Assembly: GCA_963668025.2 (NCBI GenBank)
Contig: CAXXTH010000017.1
Location: forward strand, 992,001 to 1,056,000
Origin: Candidatus Hydrogenedentota bacterium
Lineage (GTDB): Bacteria; Hydrogenedentota; Hydrogenedentia; Hydrogenedentales; SLHB01
DNA length: 64,000 bases
Reading direction: 5' to 3'
Below are positions 1 to 10,749 of the stretch, piece by piece. The notes under the pieces were generated by a model. It did not search any database. It was given only the letters and a program-made list of their open reading frames with translations, and was not told the DNA's origin. Position 1 is the first letter of the stretch; each line of letters begins with the position of its first letter. The position numbers and the translations under genes are program-made.

Positions 1-1
1 T

Positions 2-478
2 ATATACGCCCTGCTGGCCGAAGCGCACAAACGAAAAATCCATACCTGCGTCGAAACCAGCGGATATGCCCCGCCAAACAGAGTACTAAGCCTGCTGGAT
101 GTAGTTGATTTGTTTCTCTGGGATATCAAGGACACTGAGCCCATCCGCCATCAGGCAATGACAGGCGTTTCTCTCGATACGATTTTGGATAATCTGCGCC
201 TGGTGGACGAAGCTGGGGGGCATACGCGGCTGCGTTGCATCTTGGTGGATGGGGTGAACATGGCCATGCCGCATATCGAAGGAGTAGCCCGGCTGGCGCT
301 ATCGTTGAAACATTGCCAGGGTTTAGCCCTATTGCCCTACCACCCCATGGGGGATGCGAAACTGGAGCGAATCGGACGCACGCGATCTGGATTGAATCTA
401 GGCGCACCTTTTCCCAAGGCCCTCGATGAAGCACGCGCTCGTTTAGCCGATCTGGGCGTAGCTTGCTTTGATTCATAA
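2..478 (+). CDS. Glycyl-radical enzyme activating protein (radical SAM, PflA-like), 5' truncated by window edge
   Basis: Frame open from position 2: IHTCVETSGY and VDLFLWDIKD motifs, later LLPYHPMG, typical of the C-terminal half of GRE activases. Confidence 0.85.
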   Translation: MYALLAEAHKRKIHTCVETSGYAPPNRVLSLLDVVDLFLWDIKDTEPIRHQAMTGVSLDTILDNLRLVDEAGGHTRLRCILVDGVNMAMPHIEGVARLALSLKHCQGLALLPYHPMGDAKLERIGRTRSGLNLGAPFPKALDEARARLADLGVACFDS

Positions 479-689
479 GTGGCGCTGAAAAGCCCTTCTT
501 CGGGAACGGCTTCCATCCGATGTAAACGCCTTTGGAACAAAGAAACGGATATCTACAAATCCGTTACCGTTTGCATAAAAAGCAGAATTATGCTAAAATA
601 TAAAAGCATGAGCGCAGTAGCTCATGGAGTCTTGTCTCCAGCATTTCCGAACGAGTCATACCAGAGACTTATATGGAAAGGTCAATCCC

Positions 690-2411
690 ATGAAATCAAA
701 GCGCCCACTTAAACAATTCTTTTCTATCTTGGGCATCATCATATTGATGCTGTCCTTGAGCCCCCTTTTAGGTGCGGGTTGTAATCTGGTACAAACGACG
801 CGCCAGCAAACCGTCTGTCCAATCGCAGTGCCAGCAGGCGCGCCGGAAATCCCGCCCTCCTACGTGCCCGAGTATGAGCTTTACGGCTACAGCGCCTGGA
901 AGACAGGCCCCGGTGTGGACGATGGCCGGAGGTTCGACCTGATGCGGGATGGCTACACAGGTTCACCCAATCGTGCGCGGCTCCTGTCTTTCTTCTCGCT
1001 AAGCGATATTCATATCACAGATAAAGAATCGCCCGCCCAGGTGGTCTACTTCGGATGGAGCGCGCCATTTGGGACAACGGGGCTTTTATCGCAAGCCTAT
1101 TCTCCCGTTATGCTTTCCACCACGCAAGTCCTGGACGCCGCAATCAGCACCATCAATTGCATGCATCTTCAGACTCCGTTTGATTTTGGCATAACGCTCG
1201 GTGATATGGCCAACGCTTCCCAATATAACGAGCTTCGATGGTTCATTGACGTGCTTGATGGTAAATACATCACGCCAAGTTCTGGCGCTCATCTTGGCGC
1301 TGGCTATATTGATTATCAGACGCCTTTCCAGGCCGCTGGGCTTAATAGCTCGATTCCCTGGTATGCGACTGTCGGCAACCACGATCAGTTCTGGATGGGC
1401 GTCTCCTATCCAAGTGATAAAATTCGGGACACCCTTAAGGGCGGCGAAGTCCTTAACATGGCCGATGATCCCTTTGCAATCAATGCCTCAGAAGGCAATG
1501 GCGTGTATACAGGCGTGATCGACGGCACGACGATATATGGAGATGTGATCAAGGCTGGACTAACAGGTGATTTTGCATCAGCCCCGACCGTTGTTGCCGA
1601 CGAGAGCCGCCATTCCCTTACGACGGCGGACTCTTCCACGGCGGAATTCATGGAAACCTTCTTCGACACTACATCGTCTCCCGTGGGGCATGGGTTCAGC
1701 CAGGCCAATCTAGACGCCGATTTTGCCTCCTACACCTTCGAGCCAAAGACGGATTTGCCGCTCAAAGTCATCGTGCTGGATGACACCTGCAAAACGATAA
1801 GCCCTGACGGCGGGCCGTCCTATTATGGTTCAGGCTGGCTCGATGAGGAGCGCTACGCCTGGCTCACCAACGAACTACAGAAAGGCCAGGACGAAGAGAA
1901 GCTCATGATCATCGCGACCCATATCCCCGTCAATCCGCAAGAGGATCTCTACAAGACGGACCGGGAAGCTCAATTCTATCCAGAATCCTATCAAACCGAC
2001 GAAGAATTAATCGCCACGCTCAACAACTACCCGAATCTCATCATGTTGATTGCGGGCCATCGCCACCTGAACACCGTGACTCCGCAGCCATCTCCAGACC
2101 CCGCTCATCCAGAAAATGGTTTTTGGGAGGTGGAAAATTCCTCGTTGCGAGACTTCCCCCAGCAATTCCGTACATTCGATATCCGCCGCAACAAAGACAA
2201 CACCATTTCCATCCTAGTGACCAACGTGGACCCCATTGTTGAAGAAGGAAGCCCTGCCGCGAAGTCACGCGACTATGCGGTCGGCGCATCGCGGACATTC
2301 GGCAAAACCGCCCTCGACGACACGTCATCGCATGCGTACAATGCCGAGTTGGTCAAGCAATTAACCCTCGACATGCAAGAAAAAATCGCTTCTTACGGAA
2401 CAGCGCTATAA
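690..2411 (+). CDS. Calcineurin-like metallophosphoesterase, probable lipoprotein (TIGR03768-like)
   Basis: SDIH, GD, GNHD, THIP and GHRH motifs. Signal peptide ends in lipobox LGAGC. ATG at 690 follows GGAAAGG. Confidence 0.8.
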   Translation: MKSKRPLKQFFSILGIIILMLSLSPLLGAGCNLVQTTRQQTVCPIAVPAGAPEIPPSYVPEYELYGYSAWKTGPGVDDGRRFDLMRDGYTGSPNRARLLSFFSLSDIHITDKESPAQVVYFGWSAPFGTTGLLSQAYSPVMLSTTQVLDAAISTINCMHLQTPFDFGITLGDMANASQYNELRWFIDVLDGKYITPSSGAHLGAGYIDYQTPFQAAGLNSSIPWYATVGNHDQFWMGVSYPSDKIRDTLKGGEVLNMADDPFAINASEGNGVYTGVIDGTTIYGDVIKAGLTGDFASAPTVVADESRHSLTTADSSTAEFMETFFDTTSSPVGHGFSQANLDADFASYTFEPKTDLPLKVIVLDDTCKTISPDGGPSYYGSGWLDEERYAWLTNELQKGQDEEKLMIIATHIPVNPQEDLYKTDREAQFYPESYQTDEELIATLNNYPNLIMLIAGHRHLNTVTPQPSPDPAHPENGFWEVENSSLRDFPQQFRTFDIRRNKDNTISILVTNVDPIVEEGSPAAKSRDYAVGASRTFGKTALDDTSSHAYNAELVKQLTLDMQEKIASYGTAL

Positions 2412-2422
2412 AGCCATCTCCC

Positions 2423-2457
2423 TTGATGCGGCAGGCCAAACCCACCTGCCGCATCAA
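2423..2457. terminator. Hairpin between convergent genes, likely bidirectional terminator
   Basis: Perfect 13-bp stem TTGATGCGGCAGG / CCTGCCGCATCAA, followed by a T-rich tract. Confidence 0.7.
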
Positions 2458-2474
2458 TCTTTATATATCCCCAG

Positions 2475-3977
2475 TTATTTTACCTCCAGCGAGCCGTCAT
2501 CGATCTGCTGATTGATATCGAGAGGCAAATAGGAATACAAATCGGCATTCTTGAGAAAGAACCGGACCTTTTTGTCTTTGTCCGCCAGCTCTTCGGGGAA
2601 CTTAGTGGTCTTCCAGGTGAGCGTGTGCCGCACGGAGTCCCCGGTGAAGGAGATACATTCCTGGCGCGAGAAGCCGGGAATCACTTTGTTTTTCCGGTCC
2701 AACAATTCCGCCGCTACGTAGCCGTCCGGGCCGCAGCACTTGGCATTGATCAAGACTTGCGGCGTGTTGAAAACCTCCCGGCGGCTGATCAGCCAGCCTT
2801 CTTGTCCACCGGCATGCATCGAACAAAAGCCATCCAGGCGAAGCGTAGCTAGGCCGATAGCGCCATTGGCCCTGGGGCCGTCATGTTTTTGGTCGAACCC
2901 GGAATAGTAAAAAAACAATTGGTCTCCCATAAGAATAGGTGCGCGGGCGGTGAACGCCATCTGCGAGTCGAACGCATCGGGGGAACCAAGGCCGATGAAC
3001 GGCTTGCGCTCGGGCGGGCGCGTCCATTGGAGCAGATTCCAGCTCCACGCGAATTGCACATCGACGGTAAGCGGGCTTCCTTCCTGGGCTTCGTACATGA
3101 CGTCGGGGTCGGTGTATTGGCCATACTTGATCCACCGGGCGTGATAGACCCAAGGCAGGCCGATATACAATCCCTGATACGGGAAAACCGGCATGCCGTA
3201 GATTTGCGTGGCGTCTGGATCAAGGTCATCCGCGCCGAAGACCGCGCCCTCGACCGGCTTATGCCACTTGAGGCCATCTTCCGACACGGCGACGCCAACG
3301 GCCCGGTGTCGGCGATTCGCTGTCTTGTACGTGGCCGTATACCGGCGCTGATAGGGATCATAGAAAAAATTAGTCACATCGGACGTGCCGAACAGATGTT
3401 GTTGCTCGGGCGGGCGATTCCAGTCCCAGTGCAAGCCATCTTCCGAATAGGCAACCGACGCGCCTGCTTCACCCGCATAGCCATACATGGCCCACTGCTT
3501 GTTAGGCGCAGGCGGAGCGGGCACGCGGATCACGCTGGGTATGTGGCAACTGCCGCCCGGAGCCACGATGTTGTTGTCCGTGGAGCCTTGGCAATCCACT
3601 ATGCCGAGTTTGGGCTTTGTCCAATGAATGCCGTCCTGGGATTCCGCATACGATACATCCGCGTAGTCGTTTCCAATCCCCTGATACCACATTCGCAGCT
3701 TTCCATCGTCCCAAAGAACGGTGCCGTAGACATATGGCCCCCACCCCTCCCAGGGATGTTCTTTGCGGATGATAGGATTCTCCGCATATTTCTCCGCGCC
3801 ATGAAACACTCGCGCAAGGCCATCGGACTCCTCGAGCACCATGGCGTCCAGGAAAAGCCTGCGGTAAGGCGGCTCGCCCGCTAGAGGATCGCTTGCTTCA
3901 AGCGCCCATGCTTGGCTGGCCCAAACCGCCATTTGAAAAAACAAGACACTCATGATTCTAGGGGCATACCTGTTCAT
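2475..3977 (-). CDS. Secreted beta-propeller glycoside hydrolase-like protein (GH32/43/130 clan-like)
   Basis: Signal peptide and repeated Asp-box motifs (SQDGIHW, SEDGLHW, SEDGLKW). ATG at 3977 has an AAAGGAGG RBS. Confidence 0.65.
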   Translation of the reverse strand: MNRYAPRIMSVLFFQMAVWASQAWALEASDPLAGEPPYRRLFLDAMVLEESDGLARVFHGAEKYAENPIIRKEHPWEGWGPYVYGTVLWDDGKLRMWYQGIGNDYADVSYAESQDGIHWTKPKLGIVDCQGSTDNNIVAPGGSCHIPSVIRVPAPPAPNKQWAMYGYAGEAGASVAYSEDGLHWDWNRPPEQQHLFGTSDVTNFFYDPYQRRYTATYKTANRRHRAVGVAVSEDGLKWHKPVEGAVFGADDLDPDATQIYGMPVFPYQGLYIGLPWVYHARWIKYGQYTDPDVMYEAQEGSPLTVDVQFAWSWNLLQWTRPPERKPFIGLGSPDAFDSQMAFTARAPILMGDQLFFYYSGFDQKHDGPRANGAIGLATLRLDGFCSMHAGGQEGWLISRREVFNTPQVLINAKCCGPDGYVAAELLDRKNKVIPGFSRQECISFTGDSVRHTLTWKTTKFPEELADKDKKVRFFLKNADLYSYLPLDINQQIDDGSLEVK

Positions 3978-4374
3978 TTGGCTCAATCCTCCTTTGGAAT
4001 CCCATTTTCTGATCCTCAATAGTGGCCGATAGTTCCCCTGGAGATTCATTGCGCGGCCTGGAGATGGCGCTTATGCAGGCATGGCCCTAGAAGTGGCCAG
4101 GGTCAAAATGAAACAAAAACGGAGACAGCCCAGTTTCCACCATCTCGGTTCGTTTTAACTGTACGGCATAATGACGCATATAGCGGCTCATGTTTTTAGG
4201 TAATTGGCGGCGGGCGTCCTTTGTTTTTTGGGGTGTTGTGGATTCGGCCAAGGAATTTTCACCAGCATGCCCTTCCGTATGCCCGGTGATTTCGGTGTAA
4301 AACAAGCCTGAAAATAGGTATGATAACGATACTGAAAATCCATGGGGTACTAACCAGGCGCGTGAATTCTATTA

Positions 4375-5523
4375 ATGCGGCTTATTCACACATCAGACAT
4401 ACATTTAGATGCGAGCTTCGCCATGCCTGGCGCGCCAGCGGGATTTGGCAACCGGCGCCGCCAAGCGGTGCGTGATGTGTTCCTGCGCATTTTACAGCGG
4501 GCGAAGGAATGGCCTGCCGACGCCGTGCTCATTGCGGGCGATTTGCTGGATTATGAGCGCGCCAGCCGGGATACCGTGGTGTTTTTGCAAGAAGAATTCA
4601 AACGCCTTGCGCCTATCCCGGTCTTTTTAGCGCCAGGCAACCATGATCCTTATACGGTGATTTCACCCTATGCCACCGAAGAATGGCCTTCGAATGTAAC
4701 GATTTTCCACCGGTCTGAATGGACGGCGCATGCGCTGGCGGCGATTCCGCTTACAGTACATGGCTTCGGTTTTGACGGCCCGGATATTTCGGTGAATCCA
4801 TTCGGGAATTTGCAAATACCGCGCGATGACCGCGTCCATGTCGCGGTGGGCCACGGCACCGCCATGGGAAGCGCGCCTTCTGAAATGGGCGCGTATGCGC
4901 CGTTCTCGCCCGCGCTCGCCGCGGATCACCGCTTGGCGTATCTGGCCTTGGGCCATTTCCATGGCATGAAGGCCATCGAGGCACCGTTCGGCACCGTGAT
5001 GTATTATTCGGGAGCGCCCGAAGGGCATGGTTTCAACGAATGCGGCCTCCATTATTTCCTGGAAGTGGAGCTCGATGCGGGGCGCGTGCAGGTGAATCCC
5101 GTGCCTTCCTGCCAGTCTCTATATGAGGTCTATACCGTGGATTGCTCGGCCTTTGTGTCGAAACAGCAAGCCATTGACGCCATTCGCGCCCTAGCGCCGC
5201 AAGATGGCCGGAGCCGCATCGCCCGCATTTGGCTCACGGGTTCCTGCGCGGATGCGTGGCGTGGCGAAGCGCTGGTGATCCGGGACAGTGTCGCGCCATT
5301 GTTCGAGTATCTTGATTTGGTGGATGAACTCGAGCCCGCCGAGGATTTTGAAATGCTGGCGCGGGATGAAACCAGCCTGGGCGTCTTCGTGCGGCGCATG
5401 CTTAAGGAATCGGACATGGTGGCGGAGCCCGCCAAGCGGCGCATGCTGGCGCGCGCCCTCGAGGTGGGCGTGGCGGCCTTCCGGGATCGGCCGCTGCCGA
5501 TTCGCGGCGCGGGAGGGGAATAA
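4375..5523 (+). CDS. Mre11/SbcD-like DNA repair exonuclease (YhaO family)
   Basis: HTSDIHLD, AGDLLD, PGNHD, GHG, ALGHFH and YSGAPEG phosphoesterase motifs. Confidence 0.9.
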   Translation: MRLIHTSDIHLDASFAMPGAPAGFGNRRRQAVRDVFLRILQRAKEWPADAVLIAGDLLDYERASRDTVVFLQEEFKRLAPIPVFLAPGNHDPYTVISPYATEEWPSNVTIFHRSEWTAHALAAIPLTVHGFGFDGPDISVNPFGNLQIPRDDRVHVAVGHGTAMGSAPSEMGAYAPFSPALAADHRLAYLALGHFHGMKAIEAPFGTVMYYSGAPEGHGFNECGLHYFLEVELDAGRVQVNPVPSCQSLYEVYTVDCSAFVSKQQAIDAIRALAPQDGRSRIARIWLTGSCADAWRGEALVIRDSVAPLFEYLDLVDELEPAEDFEMLARDETSLGVFVRRMLKESDMVAEPAKRRMLARALEVGVAAFRDRPLPIRGAGGE

Positions 5524-5525
5524 CC

Positions 5526-8500
5526 ATGCGCATCCGCACCCTCTGGCTCGATGCTTATGGCTGTTTCCTGGGCCGCGAACTGCCGCTCGAGGATGGCCTT
5601 CAAGTCATTTATGGCCCCAACGAGCAAGGCAAAAGCACGGTGCGCAGTTTCGTTGGCGATATGCTGTTCGGGCAAAAGCGCAGCACCAACCAGCGGCTCT
5701 ATGATGATCATCATGAATTGCGGCGTCCCTGGATGAATCCGGAATCGTATGGCGGGCGGATGCGATATGTGCTCGACAATGGCCACGAGTATGACATACA
5801 GCGGATATTCGACCGGAACAACGAGTCCGTGCAGGTATTCAATCGCTCGCTGGGCCGGGATGTAACGGGCGATTACGCCCGGCAGCGCAATCGCGAACCC
5901 GGCTTCGCGGATGAACAGCTCGGTGTCACCAAGGCCGTTTTCTTGAACACGGTCACCATCACCCATGTGACGCTCGAACAATTGGGCAACGATGAGGCCA
6001 TGACGCAGCTCCGTGAAAAACTCCTCTCCCTCGCCGATACGGCCGAGGAATCACATAGCTCGGAATCAGCCATCAGTTATATCGACGCGCGCATTAAAGC
6101 TATCGGCAACCAGCAGGCCCGCACGCGGCCTTTGCCCGCGGCACGCGCCCGCCTGGCGGAACTCGACACCGAGCATGCCCTGGCCACCGGGGTGCGGCAA
6201 GAACTCGAAGACTTGGAACGGCGGCGGCAAGATATCCGCGCCGCCATGGCCAGGCAGCAACAACAACATGCCGCCATCGAGGCCGAGCGCGCCGCCATCG
6301 AACGCTCACAACGCGAGCAGCTTCTCGCCAGCGCCGAACGGCTGCAAGAAGAGATCGACCTGATCACACACCGGTGCTTCTCGCTGAGCAACGTGCGTGA
6401 TTTTCCCATCGAGCGGGAGCCGGAGCTTCAGCGCGCGCTGAATGTCCTCAATACAGCGCGTACGCAGCTTCGCCGCACGGAGATGGCCAGGAAGGATGTC
6501 GAGGAGCAGCTTAGCGACGAGCGCCATCGCTTGGGCGAACTGGCGGACCAGCGCGTCGTGGATGTTTCGGACGAATGCGAGCAGCGTTTGGCCGATCTCG
6601 AGACGGCCATCACCCGCCTGACGGAGCGCCTCGAACAATATGATGCGGAACGCGCCGCAGCGGAAGGCCGCCTCGAGGCCGCCCATGCGGAACTGGCCCG
6701 CCTGCCGGATTTCGCGCAATTAGCGCCTGATCCCGTCGAGTGGCTCGGCCGCCTCGCCGCCGAATTTCAACAGCGCCGCCAGGCGTCTGAGCATGAACAG
6801 GAGAAATGGGAGCAGCTTACCGCCGCCATCGCGCGCCTTGAACAGCGGCAGGAAGGCCTTGACGCCATATTCGCCGTATTTGAAGATTTTAATGCCGAGG
6901 CGGATGAATACAAACTGGCGGTGCGCCTCTACGAAGAGAAAACAAAAGAACTCGAAACGGAGACCGAAAAAGCCCAAGCTCAGATCATCGAACGGGACGC
7001 CGCCGCGCCTTTGGCCCGCAGGTGGGCTATTGTAAGCGCGGCAGGCGCGGGGCTGCTGGCCGGGGCTGCCTATTATTTTGAAGAGCCAAGCGTTTTTATC
7101 TCCGTAGCGTTTCTGGGATTGGTGGCGGGCTGTTTTGTGGTCCGGCTGGCCCTGGCGCTGCAAGGCGCGCGGCAGGGCCGCGCACGGCTGCTCAACGCGG
7201 AAACCCAGCGCGCCTTGTTGGAAAAAGAGACCGCCCAGAAACGGGAACGCATCGAGCACGCCCTCCAGGTTTCGGGCCTGGGCGCGTTGCGGGAACTCGA
7301 AGCCCTTCATGAGCGCTTTTCGAGCGGCCAGGAGGCGCTGGCCTCGTATCGGGCGGAGCTTGAAACACAAGAAGCGCGCGTGCGGGAAGAAGAGGCTTCC
7401 CTGGCCCAGCATTTCTCGAATTTGTGCGAGGCGTTCGCGGGTATTGGCGTGCATTTAGAAGACGCCGGGGGCGTGCAGGAAGCCGTGAATGCGGGCATTG
7501 CCCGCTACCAGGAATACCGTGACGCCCTGCGGCGCGTGCAAGAAAACAAAGATACGCCCGCCCTGCTTCAATCACAGTCGGCGCAAGCGCGGACGGAACT
7601 CGATGCGGCGAAAGCGGAAGAACGCGAGCGCGCCCTCGAGGTGCGCGAGATCATGCGGTCCCAAGGTTTCCGTGACGAGGCCCGGCATACCAGCGCGCTG
7701 CGCGCCGTGCGCGCTTATCGGACGCGATGCCATCAGGTGCGCGAGAAACAGGGCCGCATGCATGTGCTTGAAGAAAATTTAGCGGCCTACAAGCGGCAGC
7801 TCGAAAACGAACGGCGCGACATGGAGCAGCAGCAAGCGGCGCTCGAGCGCTTCTTACGCAGCGTAGGAGCGGAATCGCCGGAGCATTGGCGCGAATTGGC
7901 GTCCCAAGCGCGTGAATATCGCGAAGCCCGAGAACGCCGGACCAACCTGCGCGATAAACTCGAGGCTCTGTTGCGCGGCGAAACCCTGGAAGGTTTGCGC
8001 GTTTCTCTGGATGGCGGCGGGCCGCATGAAAATGTAGTACTGTCCGGGCGCAGCCCTGAAGAACTAGACGCCGCCTTCCAGCATACGGCGGCGGAATTGG
8101 ACGCCTTGGCGAAAGAAGATCATGCCTTGCACCTGCGCATCGCCCAACGCGCCGCAGGGGTGCGCCCACTGAACGACATTGAGGAAGAGCGCGCCAACGT
8201 GGCGGCGCGGGCGGAAATCCTCGCGGAAGAGCTTCAGGCCGCCGCGTATGCCGCCGCCATCATCGAGGAAGTGGCCAATGACCGCCATGCCCGCATCGCC
8301 CCCCGCCTTGCGGCGTCCGCCAGCGCCTATCTCGCGGAAATCACGGGTGACATATATGACGAGCTGCTCATTGGGCGTGATCTGCGCGTGAGCGTGCGCG
8401 TGCCGCAGACCAAGGAATTAAAAGAATATCCAGAGATGCGCTTGAGCAAGGGCACGGTGGACCAAATCTACTTGGCCTTGCGGCTGGCGCTGGTCGAGGG

Positions 8501-8693
8501 CATGAGCCGCACCGGCGAACGGCTGCCGATGATCATGGATGATCCCTTCGTGAATTACGATGGAGGGCGCCTGGCGAACGCGCTGCGCGTCCTTATCCGT
8601 ATCGCGAGGGACGGACAGATCCTGTTGTTTACCTGCCATGAAAACATGGCGAGGCTCGCCCGAGAATCGGGTGCGGCTGTGCTCGAGTTATAA
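5526..8693 (+). CDS. YhaN/SbcE-like SMC-type ABC ATPase with coiled coils and central transmembrane hairpin
   Basis: Walker A GPNEQGKST, signature LSKGT, Walker B IMDDPFVNYD, H-loop FTCH. Two hydrophobic segments mid-protein. Starts 2 nt after the nuclease gene. Confidence 0.9.
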   Translation: MRIRTLWLDAYGCFLGRELPLEDGLQVIYGPNEQGKSTVRSFVGDMLFGQKRSTNQRLYDDHHELRRPWMNPESYGGRMRYVLDNGHEYDIQRIFDRNNESVQVFNRSLGRDVTGDYARQRNREPGFADEQLGVTKAVFLNTVTITHVTLEQLGNDEAMTQLREKLLSLADTAEESHSSESAISYIDARIKAIGNQQARTRPLPAARARLAELDTEHALATGVRQELEDLERRRQDIRAAMARQQQQHAAIEAERAAIERSQREQLLASAERLQEEIDLITHRCFSLSNVRDFPIEREPELQRALNVLNTARTQLRRTEMARKDVEEQLSDERHRLGELADQRVVDVSDECEQRLADLETAITRLTERLEQYDAERAAAEGRLEAAHAELARLPDFAQLAPDPVEWLGRLAAEFQQRRQASEHEQEKWEQLTAAIARLEQRQEGLDAIFAVFEDFNAEADEYKLAVRLYEEKTKELETETEKAQAQIIERDAAAPLARRWAIVSAAGAGLLAGAAYYFEEPSVFISVAFLGLVAGCFVVRLALALQGARQGRARLLNAETQRALLEKETAQKRERIEHALQVSGLGALRELEALHERFSSGQEALASYRAELETQEARVREEEASLAQHFSNLCEAFAGIGVHLEDAGGVQEAVNAGIARYQEYRDALRRVQENKDTPALLQSQSAQARTELDAAKAEERERALEVREIMRSQGFRDEARHTSALRAVRAYRTRCHQVREKQGRMHVLEENLAAYKRQLENERRDMEQQQAALERFLRSVGAESPEHWRELASQAREYREARERRTNLRDKLEALLRGETLEGLRVSLDGGGPHENVVLSGRSPEELDAAFQHTAAELDALAKEDHALHLRIAQRAAGVRPLNDIEEERANVAARAEILAEELQAAAYAAAIIEEVANDRHARIAPRLAASASAYLAEITGDIYDELLIGRDLRVSVRVPQTKELKEYPEMRLSKGTVDQIYLALRLALVEGMSRTGERLPMIMDDPFVNYDGGRLANALRVLIRIARDGQILLFTCHENMARLARESGAAVLEL

Positions 8694-8714
8694 TTCAGCC
8701 GGAGGAGCGAATCG

Positions 8715-9650
8715 ATGATGGGCGTCTCGGTGGTGATTCCGGTGTATAATAGTGAAGGCTCGCTTGGACCGCTGGCCGAACGGCTCGAACCGGTGCTGGA
8801 ATCCCTCGGCGGGCCGTACGAGCTGATCCTGGTGAACGACGGCAGCGCGGATGCGAGCTGGCAAGCCATCCAGCAATTGGCGCGGCGCTATGCGTGGGTG
8901 CGCGGCGTCAATTTGATGCGCAATTATGGGCAGCATAACGCCCTCCTATGCGGGATCCGCCTGGCGCGGCACCCGATTACCGCCACGATGGATGATGATC
9001 TGCAGAATCCCCCCGAAGAATTGCCCAAGCTATTGTCCAAATTGGCGGATGGATGGGATGTCGTATATGGCGCGCCCGCGCAAGAGCAGCATGGCTTGTG
9101 GCGGGACATTGCGTCGAAAGTGACGAAAATCGCCCTCCAGGCCGCCATGGGCGTCGAGGCCGCCCGGAGTGTGAGCGCTTACCGGGTTTTCCGAACCGAT
9201 GTGCGGGAAGCGTTCGCCAATTACCATGGCGCATATGTCTGCATAGACGTATTGCTGACCTGGGCGGCGAGGCGGTTTGCCGCCGTGCAAGTCGAACATG
9301 CCCCCCGCACGATCGGCGCATCGAATTACACTTTCCGCAAACTGCTGACCCACGCCATGAATATGCTGACGGGATTCAGCGTGCTGCCTTTGCAGGCCGC
9401 CAGCTTAGTGGGATTTGTGTTTACGTTGTTTGGGATGGCGGTGCTGTTTTTTGTACTGGGGCGCTTCATGATAGCGGGCCAGGTCGTCCCTGGCTTTGTA
9501 TTTTTGGCGAGCATCGTGGCGATTTTTTCCGGGGCACAGCTTTTCGCGTTAGGCGTGATCGGCGAATATCTTGCGCGCATCCATTTCCGAAGCATGGATA
9601 AGCCTCCGTATGCCGTGCGGGAAGCATGCGGCGGAAAGGATGAAACCTGA
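8715..9650 (+). CDS. GT2 polyprenol-phosphate glycosyltransferase (ArnC/GtrB-like)
   Basis: VVIPVYN, VNDGSAD, RNYGQHNA and MDDDLQNPP motifs, plus two C-terminal TM helices. Confidence 0.9.
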   Translation: MMGVSVVIPVYNSEGSLGPLAERLEPVLESLGGPYELILVNDGSADASWQAIQQLARRYAWVRGVNLMRNYGQHNALLCGIRLARHPITATMDDDLQNPPEELPKLLSKLADGWDVVYGAPAQEQHGLWRDIASKVTKIALQAAMGVEAARSVSAYRVFRTDVREAFANYHGAYVCIDVLLTWAARRFAAVQVEHAPRTIGASNYTFRKLLTHAMNMLTGFSVLPLQAASLVGFVFTLFGMAVLFFVLGRFMIAGQVVPGFVFLASIVAIFSGAQLFALGVIGEYLARIHFRSMDKPPYAVREACGGKDET

Positions 9651-10249
9651 TGCTTCGGGCCATGTTGCAAGGCCTTACGCGCATTCCGTCCGTTTATGCC
9701 GCCTCGCAGTATTTTGCGGGTGTCCGGATGGTGCATGCGCGCTTATCCGTCCGGCTGTCCCGGCGGAAGTTGGGAACGGTGCTGGATGTGGGCGGCGGCG
9801 TAGGCCTGGTGCGGCCTTTATGCAGGGAAACACGCGCCTATGTGTGCTTGGAATATGCGCCGCGTATTCTCGCCTCCTTTCATCGTTCATATCCGGCGGA
9901 CGGCGCGGTGCTGGGCGATGCGGCGCGGCTGCCATTCGCCGATGAATCCTTCGATACCGTGTTGTGCGTGATGATGCTCCACCACCTGGATGACTCCGCC
10001 GCCCGGGAATGCTTGGCCCAAAGCGCGCGGGTGTTGAGGCAAAGCGGGCGCTTGCTCATGGTGGAGCCGCTCTGGAATCCATCCCGGCTGCGCGGACGGA
10101 TGCTCTGGCGGCTGGACCGAGGCTCCCACCCCCGGACCATGCAAGAGAACCTCGAGCTGGTTGGGGCTGCTTTTGAGATTGTCTATGCGGAACGGTTTTC
10201 CGCCCATCATGAATATGTTTTGTGCGAGGCGCGTCTTCGCGGACTATAA
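9650..10249 (+). CDS. Class I SAM-dependent methyltransferase
   Basis: VLDVGGGVG, GDAARLPFADESFD, LHH and RVLRQSG motifs. TGATG overlap with the GT2 gene. Confidence 0.85.
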   Translation: MLRAMLQGLTRIPSVYAASQYFAGVRMVHARLSVRLSRRKLGTVLDVGGGVGLVRPLCRETRAYVCLEYAPRILASFHRSYPADGAVLGDAARLPFADESFDTVLCVMMLHHLDDSAARECLAQSARVLRQSGRLLMVEPLWNPSRLRGRMLWRLDRGSHPRTMQENLELVGAAFEIVYAERFSAHHEYVLCEARLRGL

Positions 10250-10254
10250 TCATT

Positions 10255-10310
10255 GCCGCAACCAAAGCGCTTCGTTTTTTTACCGCGAATGGACGCGAAT
10301 GGACGCGAAT
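10255..10310 (+). repeat. GCCGCAACCAAA...CGCGAAT repeat, copy 1
   Basis: 37 bp identical to 16795-16831, followed by tandem GGACGCGAAT units. Confidence 0.8.
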
Positions 10311-10339
10311 ATATCCTTTAGCATGTTTTTGCAGCTCCC

Positions 10340-10362
10340 GTGGCATGGGCGTCTCGCCCATG
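10340..10362 (+). repeat. REP family A (RTRG-CATGGGCG-nnn-CGCCCATG)
   Basis: GTGG CATGGGCG TCT CGCCCATG. Confidence 0.85.
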
Positions 10363-10374
10363 CGATAAAAGAGA

Positions 10375-10397
10375 GGGCGCGTACAACACGTCCCTAC
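10375..10397 (-). repeat. GTAG-type REP-like palindrome (different family)
   Basis: Minus strand reads GTAGGGACGTGTTGTACGCGCCC, an imperfect hairpin after GTAG. Confidence 0.5.
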
Positions 10398-10749
10398 GAC
10401 GGCACATAAAAAAAGCACATCCCGTATCTATTTGATATGATTTGAGTTCAATGCAAAATGTTCGTAAAAAACAACATTTGACAGATAGTCGTATGGAATC
10501 AACAGGCCAAATCTGGGGTTATTCTCGTGTGTAACGCTGGCCCGGCATAATGGCACTGAGTACGCATAGGCCGTTCCGCCGAGGTGGTTGGGTTCAGACG
10601 CCAAAGCCCGCAATGAAGTACCGGGTATGTTCTATTTTGGAACACATCCGCCTACCTGAGATGGCCGATTGTTGCCAAATTCATGAAAAATAGGGTACAG
10701 TTCTTCAATGACTTGGTGTTTTTCGAACGCCCGCTAGGAGGCCATTGGT

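Noticed and set aside
10450-10740. Riboswitch in the long leader of the C25 peptidase gene
   Set aside because: No known aptamer consensus could be matched by eye. An Rfam scan would be needed.
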